From Antedon mediterranea (Eukaryota; Animalia; Echinodermata), in assembly GCF_964355755.1 (NCBI RefSeq), contig NC_092678.1:6712422-6776421 (forward strand): 64,000 bases of DNA. Direction: 5' to 3'. The first letter of the stretch is position 1. Each line of letters starts with the position of its first letter. Under the pieces are notes generated by a model that saw only the letters and a program-made list of their open reading frames with translations, ran no database searches and had not been told where the DNA came from. This document shows positions 50,756 to 62,375 of this stretch, piece by piece. The position numbers and the translations under genes were made by a program.

Positions 50756-52967
50756 TTAGTTAAGCGTGCATAGTAAACCGACGAAATTGTGCTCATGTGG
50801 TCAGTTCTCTGTGTCGTCAAATCCGAAATTCCGATACTCCGTCATAACTTCGATGTACCATCGATGTAGGCCTACTATCATCTTTATATTATAACTCCGA
50901 TGTACATCCGATATTCTTTGTACCGCTTCGATAACTCCGATGTAACTCCGATATTATATAACTCCATAGGTTTCAAAGGGTTATAGCATGCTGTTCGTTT
51001 TATGTTATTATTATATAAAAATATTATCCCTGCAACTTTGACGCCTTGATAATGCATATATACTATTTTAAAATGTACTGTACCTAAAAGTAGTTTTGCG
51101 TCGAATCTTATTAGGCCAAGTTATATAGAGGCCTAGCCTGGCGTTGTCTCTTGCGGAATTTTGTTTAATCAAAATCGCGGAAGCATGTTTTTTATTTTTT
51201 TTTATTTGTAAAAAATGTTTTATTCAGTATAAATACGGTATACAATAAAATTAAAACAAAATCGACGCAGGTATTTCTTTTTTTCCCATTTAAAAAAGAA
51301 AAAAGTCCTATAAAATTAAAAGTTTAACAACCTTCCATTTCACTTTAAAAATTCTACTTTGTCATTTATCGATCGACTCTATATACTCTTCTACTTTTAT
51401 GTTTTGGTTTATAAAGTTTACCAGTCCTAATTTTTCTTGACAAATTTACTTGCGCGAATCAAAATCTCATTCTTCCCATGATTTAGGTAGCTTATGGCAA
51501 AACTTAGCAGACACGTTCGAAATGAAAATCGCAGAAAATAATGAAATTGCAACGCGAATTTCAGTTCTGCGAAAAGTGATATAGTGAAAGGGATTAAGAC
51601 CCACACAAGCCAATGCCAAGGTCAGTGAGCGCTTTGGGGCGTAAGGTAATTATATCTCAATTGGTATCGTTCATCAACCGTCAAGAAATGATTCAATACC
51701 TCAGGGTAAAAATTAGTTTTGTTATGTCCATACGAAAAACAGATCACGCTACATTATAAAACTGTTATATTTTGTTTATACATTCCAAAACAAAACATTA
51801 ATTTGTTATTAATTTCAAATATTTGACAGTATGTGTTGAAAACACCATTTTAATGTCAGATAGTAGATATTCACTATTATCAAATATTGGATCGAAATAA
51901 CAATAATAATAATAATTTTTCCAATAAAACCATTGATTTTAATTTGTTTCAATCATTTTTTAAACTGTCATTTAGCCTATTATATTTATATTATATTTAT
52001 TTCTGTTGAAGAAAAGTCTTTATACAGTGATTGGGTTCTCTTTTGACAATCCTAGCTTTTTGTTTCTTTTTGTATTTTTATGTAGGCTATTCTGTTTGTC
52101 TAATTGTTATGAGTTATATTGAATAAATCAAATCAATAAATAATAATAAAATAGGCCTAATAATAATTTTTAAAAAAGTCAATCAGAAATTCCTTTATTT
52201 GGCTGTTATATTTTGTTTTACAAAACAATCTCCATTAAAGATGAGATATTACATTATCCCCATACATGAACAATTTTACCAGTCTGTTGTTAAAAAGACC
52301 ATTTTCCCCAATAAAACCAACCATATTTTTTGTATAAAAAATAGTCAATCGCAAGGTTTAAATTTACTGTTTATTTTGTATTTTTAAACCCTAAATCATT
52401 TTTTCGGCGAATATTATAATAATAACTACAAAATGTTTATTTTCGTTTTGGACAACATATTATTTTATCCTGTTGACCAATCGCGTAGTTGTTTTATATT
52501 CATCTGGAGCTAGGGCGCCACCTTGTGAGTTTAACTGTTGAGCATCATATAAGAGGCTTGGAGACTTGGCGTGGAAGTCAGCAGTAGGCTGTAAACGGAA
52601 ATATCGTGCGCATAACTACTAGAAACTCCGGAAAAGGCGTATTATACTTATAATCAGAAAACATTACCTGTATTGTGCTGTATTTGGCATTGACGTTAAT
52701 TTCTATCGTCACAGCAAGATTAAGCCATAACTTTATTCCAGTTCTCGAATTGTGGAATCATATAACATGTAAGCATATCAAGACTGTTGAGGTATTTCAA
52801 GTTTAACCAAAGTTATATAAATTGAAATACTCAAAAACTCTATCAGGTGTGTTTAAAATCATATAATTGTTTGACCCGCTCCAGTTCCCATTTGTGGGGC
52901 TTACAGTGCTACAGGATTAATCTGTTTCAGTGAATGTTAGCATTATTTGGAATACTGTATCATAATC

Positions 52968-55900
52968 ATGTGTGGTCGCTGCGGAGAATTTAGTGTTAGA
53001 AACTTTGGATTTAGAGGAGCATCGCTAGAGGATTTTACAGTTGCCAGAGTAAGTTTTTTGTTACTTTCTTTTAAATTTATTTATATATAACATCGAAATT
53101 AAACTAGATTTCAACTCGTAAACAAATTGTATATTCTGTCTAGGATACAGGTTTAACGCATGGAACGACATAATTTTCTGATGCATGGCCTAATTGTTAA
53201 AAATACATTGTTTTCGTCGAAATAAAAGACACACATAACGACATGTATTTTACTTTACAAAAAAATCATTCATTTTTTGGAGGAAAATCTGTAAGCTTTA
53301 CATTTTCCTTTTCATCCTTTTGGAATTAATAAATAAGTAATCATTGTTTTTCTTATATCTTAAAATTAAAATTAATGCCATTCTCATCAATTTTTCAAAG
53401 AATAAAGGATGAACTTTTTGTGTTTATTACAAATACAATAATCGATGTAAAGATGAAGATAAAACTACAGTAGCAACGTTATCGGCTGTAGTGCTGTAGT
53501 ATGAACAATTTGTAATAATCAGTAAAATAACAAATCGCTTGATATAAGGTTTCTGTAAATTAGGTAATGTGTTATACATCTACTACTCTAACTGCAGTCT
53601 GACACAAATTTTAATTTGCTTACCAATTCATTTTTTCTTTTGTGGGCTCTCCTCACTTTTATTTCATCGAAAAACGTATCATTATTTTAAAAACAAACGG
53701 TATTTATACAGTGTATTGAAAATAAATTGCATTGTCTAAAAACATAAACACATACGTAAAATTGTATGTAAAGGCAGGGAGTTGTAACTCCCTGGTATAG
53801 GCACAGAACAAAGTCTATATACAAACAAACAAGCATCCACATTAAAAAGTAAATATGTAGCAATTTGGATAATGGACATAAAACATGATTCTGAGTAATT
53901 ATGTATTTATTTACATTTTTAATAGTCAGTATTAGTTTTATTTCCTCATACATTCATTACATCATCATCTTTATTGCAAAGTTATTTCACATCGTGTTAT
54001 CAACATTCAGTAAAACTATACAATGGTTTAATATAACTGTGGTTTCGTTGCATTGTTGGTCTAAATCACGCACCATTTTCACACCCTATGTACTTAGTTC
54101 TCAGAGTGTGGTATAGAATAATAACTTGTCAATAGAGCCTACTCTATTATCAATAGAAATTATGCAATTCTAATATTTGTTTTATGATTTCAACATTTGG
54201 TGACTCACCAAAGTGTTCAGACAAAAAGAAACCCAACCGATTGAATGCTATTACTTTTTCTATTGTTCCTATTATCATAATACTTTTATATTAGTAGGCC
54301 TATTCATTCTTTATAATGTGGCACAAGTGCTACTGTTTTGTGATTGTTTTAGCTGTGAGGTGTCCTGACCTGTGGCACAGAACTGATGTATATTGTGAAC
54401 TGATTTCTGATTCCCTGGAAGACTTAGGCGGGGACTTAGGTTAATCCCATGTCGTTTACCTGCCTTTAATCCATTTAATCTCCGGATCAGGTCAATTCCC
54501 GTCTGGTATTTGCATTAAAAAATAAATTAAAATATTAAATATTTCATAACAGAACAGTATACAGAAGAGTAAACATCATAACTGAACAGTGTAGGCCTAC
54601 AGAAGGGTAAACAAAATAACAAAAAACATCAGTAAAATATGTATGGTGCAATTTGTAATGGGTCATATCATATTTCTAGCAACGAAACTTTTTTTTTCAT
54701 AATTTAAATATAGACCTGTACTGTATTCTTTTGTTTCACTCTTTGTATACTAGACCTAACTACACCACCACCCGAGTAAGAAGGTTAGGGCCTACATAAC
54801 ACATCTTTTGTTTCACTCTTTGTATACTAGACCTAACTACACCACCACCCGAGTAAAAAGGGTAGGGCCTACATAACACATCTTTTGTTTCACTCTTTGT
54901 ATACTAGACCTAACTACACCACCACCCGAGTAAGAAGGGTAGGGCCTACATAACACATCTTTTGTTTCACTCTTTGTATACTAGACCTAACTACACCACC
55001 ACCCGAGTAAGAAGGGTAGGGCCTACAAAACACATTTGGGGAATTTGAAGTTTAGATAGATTCTTCAAAAAGATAATATTGAGTCTCAATGATCTGTTTC
55101 TTTATTCGAAGTACACTATACTTTGGTTTTATCTATAGTCTTATACTTGTACTTTATAACAAGAGAAGTTTTAATTTTATTTATTTATTTTATTTTTGTT
55201 ATTTATTCAATTTCTGCCATATACATAACAAAGAAAACAAAACAATTATAAAAAGAGGCATGGAAAGACCAAACAGATGCTAAACACCTATGCTAGTTGG
55301 TCAGCCCAGAACAGAGAAAAATAAATAAATTACGTTCTACAATAAAAGCATCGACAAGAAAGCGACCACCAACTACACACATTTTCAATATCAAAATTAT
55401 TTAAAAAATAAATATTGAGATAATTAAGTAATTTGGTTTTAAAAGAACTAACAGAAATATTTAAGTTGCGGATTTCACTGGGTAAGTTATTCCAAATTCT
55501 GGTAACACGTGGGATATATGATTGAAAAGAAGATTCTGTTCTGCAGCGACGAATATCAAAAAGAATACCAACAGAAGAGGAGCTACGAGTAAGACGTTGT
55601 GGATTACGAATATTAAATAAATTGTCAGTATTAATTATATTAGAATTTCTACGCCCTGGTATCCTTTTCTGATTATTGAAGATGTGGTAATATACATTAT
55701 CTTCTAATAAGAACTGTCATAGTTCATAACTTTCATGACCTAGTATTTACTTTTTTTTTATCATTCGTTTGATGGGTCTTGCGTGACAAGTAATTTCTCC
55801 TTGAAAGATCCTCTACTAATGCTATTTAATCACTGTATCATTGATAGAAATTAATAAAATGTTGACTTTAATTGGAATCTTACATTCTTATTGACATGAA

Positions 55901-58900
55901 GAAGGTTATGTTCTTGCCTTATTTATACGACTAGGCCTATTATTACTTTAAAACTGTAGCAGCATTGTGTTGCCAGTCCACCGAACACAATGTTATTCCT
56001 ATTGACATTTTATTCTCACCAGTTTTATATTCAGAAAATTGTTAACCTTTTTAAAAATCTCTCGACTGTAAAGTAAATATTTTTCTTAACGTATTATTTC
56101 AGCATCAATTAAAGAGAATGGAAATAGTTTTTAATCAGCCAAGTGTAATTACTACTTGCTGTGTTCTTTTTCTTTTGTACTAACAATCAAGAAAATGCTT
56201 ACAGAAACCTAAATAATTTTAATTGAAGAAAGAGTAGTAAATGCACAGAACTGCCGCACGCGCGCGTTTAAACATTGATGTCAGCTTGTACGCGGCTTTT
56301 ACACACGCGTAAACTTTTTGATAAAATCAAAATGTCTTCCCTCACTCCACTACATTTTACGAATTTTTTTTTTTGCCGACATTTAGGCCTATGGGCCTAC
56401 TCATTTGACTGATATTACGAAACTTGAAATTGCACTCTGGCAATAATATTTTGGTTTCAGTCTAGATATTTCTGTGCAAAGATGATCGGACATGTCTAAT
56501 TACTTTAGGAAGATTTCTCTAAATTTTAAACTAAATTGTGAGGACATTATGTCATCAAAATATTGCCTATTGTTACTGTTTGTAATATCTTCATATCTTA
56601 GTAAAGTTGCTAGATACAGCATAACATGTTTGACACAAGTTACAGTACAGTTGAATCATAGGAATTAGTTCTGTGGTTAGGTAAATGAGGGTAAAAACAA
56701 TATCACATGTAACACTGTATTTATGAATTTTGCCATGATAATAATTTGAACATTTTGCCTTGATAATCTAAGGGAATATGCACATAATGATTGCAATTTA
56801 TCTAAAAACAAATATTGGTTTCAACCATGGAGGAATCATGTATTGTTTTTAAATAATTCCTTCATGTGTGAACTAACTATTGCCTATGATTTTTTTTAAG
56901 GATGAAAATTGATTTACCTTGACCATCGGTGGCTTCAAATCCCCCATGCCAAGGCCCCCTGGCTAGGATTGTAAATTGTATTGGTTTATAATCTATGGCT
57001 ATTTAATCATCCCATTTGTCAAACTAACTCCCAAGAATGGAGTTGGAAGTATCACGCTGAAGAAGTTGTAAATTATGCGTTAAAAGGGTCAAAAACTGTC
57101 AAAGTTACGTGGTACTTCATACGGGGCGCCGTCCGAAACCGTGAAGTCAATTCTATGGCTAAAATGAAGCCTAAATACACAAAATGTCATACACTGCAAT
57201 CATTTCTGTCCTATCCAGGAAGTCAATAAAGAAGCCCTGATATGATGTTATCTCAGTAAAAAAATTACTTTGAGCGGTACACTATCTATTCTGTCAAACA
57301 CAGACCAGTCACTGTGTAGTACGGGGCGCACTCCGACATATCTGTCCTATCATGAAGTCAATAAAGAAGCCCTGATCCATATGGTGTTACCTCAATCATG
57401 GAGGTATATTTTTATACCTCCATGCCTCAATACACAATTTCACTGTGGACGCTACACTAACTATTCTGTCCAATACAGACCATTATTACAAAATGTCACT
57501 GTGTAGTACGGGGCGCAGTCCGACACACTACAACCTTTTATGTCCTATCCATGAAGTTAATAAAGAAGCCTTGATAAGATGTTGCCTCAATAACACAAAC
57601 TATTCTGTCCAACAGACCATGGTTTTTCTTCCGATAAAAAAGCATGGTTTGTAAAAAAAAACTTATATTTAGTTTTCTATTTGGTATGATATAATAATTA
57701 GTGTGTCGGTGACATTATTATGCTAAATCATTTAAAGTTAAATTATCTGTTTGCCAATGTATAATAATATTTTCTCATCTCATGTCTTTCTGCTTCTGTC
57801 GGAATTTCAGGTTGAACTTTACTGAAGCTTTATACTATATTAGCGTCTATTTAAAGTGTATTGCTTTTTTTCTTTTTGTTGTTGTCTTGTTTGATATCGA
57901 AATTCACTTTTACCAAATAAATAAATAAATGACTCATCATGTATGTTGTCTTTCACAGTGTCCTTGGCCAGGACAACCAGCATCCTACGTCACATATCGA
58001 GTACTGATTGCCATATACCAATGCTCCTGGAATGTTCTCATTCCTTTTTGGTGGAACAATAACAAGTTTTTCACTGACCACACGGAGCAAACGAATCGCT
58101 GGAAATGGTTTATCTATATCTCCAATTGGAGCTTTACGATACTAAGTTTGTATTTCGTAATGGCGGCCTTGTCGAATTTCTATCATCAAATTAAATCTCA
58201 TTGCAAATGTAAGTATTAGAATAGCATTACCTTGATAGAGACCCTTATTAAAGGGACGCTTTTCGGGATACATCAAATTGTCCGTTCAGACCTAGTTATT
58301 TACCCGGGTAAATGAGTGATCTACCCACCAAAGTTACGTTACCGATAATGGCCCATGAAACCAACTTAAAAGCCCTTCACACAATATGTTCCGGTACGGT
58401 TCCAGTTCGGCGAAGCGAACGCCAATATTTCGCTTTCACGACGCTCTACGCGGCTAGCTATGCAACAATCGATATGGGCGTAGCCGGCCGCGTAAAAACG
58501 AAACATGACGTTCGATTGGATTTGCCGGCGCCGAACCGTGCCGAAACAGGTGTGACCGTAACCGTGCCGGAACAGATATGAAAGACCCTTTAACTCGGAT
58601 AAATAACTTAGCTTAAACGGGGCCCCAATGCCCCCTAATATAGATGCTGTAGTATCATTTGAATGGAGGTTGTCCGAGTATCAAAACATATTTTGTTCCT
58701 CGTTCGTTTAATTTTGTAGCACTTTTCACCAATCACAACCGACACAGGTCCGATTTTCCGTCACGTGTGGTTGTTCAAATTACTCATTTCATTACGTCAT
58801 TGAGTCAGGAATGAGATTCTTCCATGACGTCATACAATGTTTATGAGCGCGTAAAAAGTATGACTTAAATATTCTTTTTTTATATCAAATTTCAGGTTCA

Positions 58901-59566
58901 CATGGATGTGGTAGCAAAGAAGACGAAATGTTATACGCCGATAGTTTTCCAATTTCTCAGGACTCAATCGTAATGAACGAGAAACGTAAAAGTGCGGAAG
59001 CCGCCGCCGATCAACCGTCAACCATGATGCGGCAAATATCCAGCGTATCAGACGACAAACTAATCCGTAAAAACAGAAGGATTTATTATAGTTATCAAAC
59101 CGCTTTGCCGTGGTATTTTAAACTGACGTGGGTCCTACAAAGTTGCGCTTTCTCGCTCGTACTTCTCATCACCATTATGTTCTGGATCATTGAGTTTAAT
59201 CCTGACGTCACAGATGTTACCGTCTGCAACGTTCATGTTCACGGAGTGGCGCTGTTTCTGATTGTGCTCGATTGTTTCTTAACCGCCTCCCCCGTACGAT
59301 TTTTCCACTTTGTATACCCAACATTCGTTGTGATTGGCTACAGTATATTTACGTACGCTTACAATAGGTGTGGTGGCTTGAACGAGTACGGGGATACACA
59401 TCTGTATAAAGATTGGGTAGATTGGACAGATATGGAAACTAAATCATGTATTGTGGCAGTGTGTGCAACCTTCGTCGCTGTTCCTATTGCGCATGCGCTT
59501 CATTGTATTTTATGTTTGATTCGAAAGCGGATGTTCAGATGTTATGAGAAAAAATACATACTGTAA
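52968..59566 (+). CDS. rost: Rolling stone-like multipass membrane protein F (333 aa, 3 coding exons)
   Basis: Exons 52968-53048 (MCGRCGEFSVRNFGFRGASLEDFTVAR), 57959-58208 and 58896-59566. Phases 0 and 1. Motifs WKWFIYISNW, HVHGV and GGLNEYG. Possible 5'UTR exon ending at 52768 after a TATA-like site at ~52548. Confidence 0.87.
53775..53794. mobile_element. 20-bp palindromic insertion with a 7-bp TSD
   Basis: CAGGGAGTTGTAACTCCCTG flanked by GTAAAGG / GTATAGG. Same termini as 32068-32117. Confidence 0.6.
54727..55035. repeat. 77-bp tandem repeat, 4 near-identical copies
   Basis: TCTTTTGTTTCACTCTTTG at 54727, 54804, 54881 and 54958. Confidence 0.95.
55175..55650 (-). mobile_element. 3' fragment of a CR1-group LINE
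   Basis: The minus strand translates ...IRRCRTESSFQSYIPRVTRIWNNLPSEIRN..., a typical ORF2 C-terminus. An (AAAT)n-like tail lies near 55175-55205. Confidence 0.7.
57118..57620. repeat. Degenerate ~170-200-bp tandem repeat, 3 copies
   Basis: TACGGGGCGC...TGTCCTATC...GAAGTCAATAAAGAAGCCCTGAT repeated three times. Confidence 0.8.
57397..57424. mobile_element. 28-bp palindromic insertion with a 7-bp TSD
   Basis: CATGGAGGTATA-TTTT-TATACCTCCATG with TSD CCTCAAT (57390-57396, 57425-57431). The neighbouring repeat unit (~57582) has a single CCTCAAT. Confidence 0.75.
58370..58589. mobile_element. MITE family E copy nested in older MITE remnants (intron 2 of gene F)
   Basis: Matches 50565-50755. Flanked by the inverted pair CCGTTCAGACCTAGTTATTTA / TAAATAACTTAGCTTAAACGG. 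Confidence 0.75.
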
Positions 59567-60067
59567 AAAAAAAATTAAAATTAATTATTGTCACTGAGCC
59601 GAGGAGAAACATCGAATGCATTTCCATCATTACGTGTTTAGATATCGTATTTCATTGAGGCATTACTAAATTACTCTATAATGTATAGTTTTGTATAATA
59701 ATTTACAATTTGTTGAATGCATACATACTCCATGCAATGGAATTCATCCATTGGTGTCCATTATCCATTCTTGAATATAATTGAATTCTGACAAACATGG
59801 AGTATTAAACTGTCGTACATTTAAGGCCTATAATTTTATTTACGTAAATTTGAGTATGTAGACATTTAAAATCCGATATACCTGTAAACATGTCGTTTTG
59901 ATATAAGAGTAACGCACAGACATTAAGCGCTTAGAAGCATTGTGCAATAAGCGCTATATATGAACGAATAATCATGACTATGCATGTACTACACTGTAGG
60001 CCTTCGACATACATCATCATACAGACATTTACTGTCGATATATAGAACATATACGCATATAATGTAA

Positions 60068-60275
60068 TATGGATATACAACGGCGGAAACGTGTAGACAT
60101 GGATATATAAGGGCGCATACGTGTCGACATGGATATACAACGGCGCATACGTGTCGACATGGATATACAACGGCGCATACGTGTCGACATGAATATACAA
60201 CGGCGGATACATGTAGACACGTGGATATACAACGGCGGATACGTGTAGACATGGATATACAACGGCGGATACGTC
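60068..60275. repeat. 30-bp minisatellite, about 7 copies
   Basis: ATGGATATACAACGGCG(G/C)ATACGTGT(A/C)GAC units. A further copy lies at ~60660-60697. Confidence 0.9.
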
Positions 60276-61098
60276 GTTTTATGTAGCGGTAGACGATACC
60301 GGTCCATCATCTCTCGTACAAATAGGTTTCGTAACAGATTTTATCCAGCTGCCATTCGGACACAGAATACGTATACCGTACGGAGAGTGATGTGACACTT
60401 TGTAATTGTTTTCTTAGTTTTTCAATGTTTCTGTTTTTGTATATCTCATAGCAAACATAATTTCTATATATATAGCTCTGCTAACTTTTCTGGCTGTTTT
60501 ACTTACTCGTTTTGATTTAGCTTTTCGCTTTTATTTTGTATCTCCATTGAGATCCAGCCACTGATACCCACAGCATTGTCATTTTTTTCAGTAATTTGCC
60601 TTTGGATTTATATATATATATGCAAATGACAATAAATGGAAGTAATTTTCCACTAATGAACGTGTAGACATTGACATACAACGGCGGATACGTGTATATA
60701 ACATCATATACGCGTAGTGAATATCAATACAGTACACCGTAAACAAACCGCATACACGTAGAATTTATTATAATAGAAATTTGATATTGATTAATAGCGT
60801 AGTATTACGTGTAGACATTTTGATATAGAGCGTGTATGTTGTTTCGATATGTGTACGTGTAGACATGTTATACACGTACACAGCATTACGTTACGTGTAA
60901 ACATCGATATGTACACATGCTTACACATTTATACAGGTTACCGTATCAAGTTCAATGTTTAGCAACGAGAATAGAAACTTTCATTCCAATATAATTGAAT
61001 TAAATTCAAATAAACTATTATTAAATATTAATTTATTTGGTCTTTAACTTTCCCTTTTTAAAGTTGTTTCTAGAGTTCAAAAGCCGAATGATAACTAA

Positions 61099-61306
61099 AG
61101 CTGTCTACACTATCAAACTAGTGTATCGACATAAATATGTGATCTGCCCAAATATGGCAGTGATATGCCCAAATATGGCAGTGATATGCCCAAATTTGGC
61201 AGTGATATGCCCAAATATTGTACTAATTATGACATCACCATGTCCATATAATTATGAGCACATCACATTTTTTTTGTCAATATAAAGTTTGATAGTGTAC
61301 AGAGCT
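61099..61306. mobile_element. MITE family C copy with an internal 21-bp tandem expansion
   Basis: CTGTCTACACTATCAAACT...GATAGTGTACAGAGCT termini, with GTGATATGCCCAAATATGGCA repeated about 4 times. Confidence 0.8.
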
Positions 61307-61964
61307 TTACATAAAGGGGCGCGTTAAGATTTATGGAGATTATGCTATAGAAAGTTAAACTTGTATGATCTATTGATTAAGATTTTGTATTTTCAATTCA
61401 ATTCGAACTCCCAGGAACTTATTTCCGGTTAAATATAAAGTTACGAACTCATAACTCTTAGTAATCATGGTTACCACCACGCTCGTCCGAAATTCACCAA
61501 ATAACACGTGGCTTTTTTTCTTATTTCGTCACCTGGGAGACTCAATGGCAACAATAATATTTTGAATGTGTTTTAAACACAAGGACAGCGGCACGTCCAC
61601 CGCAAATGATATAACTGATGCCCTTTCGTTTCAATTGAATGCTACTCTACTCACTCTTTCATTACAATAGACATTCTTCGAAGTGCGTTTTATAATTGGC
61701 AATTAAATCAAAGAATGCATAATGGTAATTTAATTAATAGGCATATATTATTGTACTGTAAGAAGGTCAATGACCCCCCTTAATTGGTGACGCTCTATGG
61801 AATTCAACTTCAATAGAGAAGCGGACTTGGAACTTTGCCACAAAAATTGTGAGACTGAATATTGCCAATTAACACGTAGAATACTATACTAGCATTTTGA
61901 CAGTGTAATGATTGAACAACAGTTCAATTGACACGGTCATGAAAATTATATAATGTGAGTCAAG

Positions 61965-62375
61965 ATCATCATATTCGTCATCATCATCATTGTTGTCATC
62001 GTCAAAATTGTCGTCATCGTCATCAGCAACATTGTCGTCATCATCAACTACAACATTGCCATCATCAACTTTGTCGTCATTATCATCAACTTTGTCGTCA
62101 TTATCATCATCATTGTCGTCATTATCATCATCATCATTGTCGTCATCGTCAACATTGTCGTCATCATCATCAGCAGCAACATTGTCGTCATTATCAACAA
62201 CATTGTCGTCATCATCAACAACATTGTCGTCATCATCATCAGCAACATTGTCGTCATCATCATCAGCAACATTGTCGTCATTATCAACAACATTGTCGTC
62301 ATCATCAACAACATTGTCGTCATCATCAACAACATTGTCGTCATCATCATCATCATTGTCGTTATCATCAACATT
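61965..62375. repeat. Compound trinucleotide-based repeat (TCA/TCG/ACA) with an ACATTGTCGTCATCATCA higher-order unit
   Basis: Directly visible low-complexity array. It produces ORFs in four frames. Confidence 0.95.

Noticed and set aside
52515-52530. CTCF-like motif upstream of gene F (and GCGCCCTC motifs at ~27353 and ~37567)
   Set aside because: The matches are partial and cannot be distinguished from chance without a PWM scan or ChIP data.
60068-60275. 30-bp repeats as a possible CRISPR array or repetitive protein (ORFs 59931-60310)
   Set aside because: The units are directly adjacent with no unique spacers, there are no cas genes, and the context is eukaryotic. The ORFs are by-products of a period divisible by 3.
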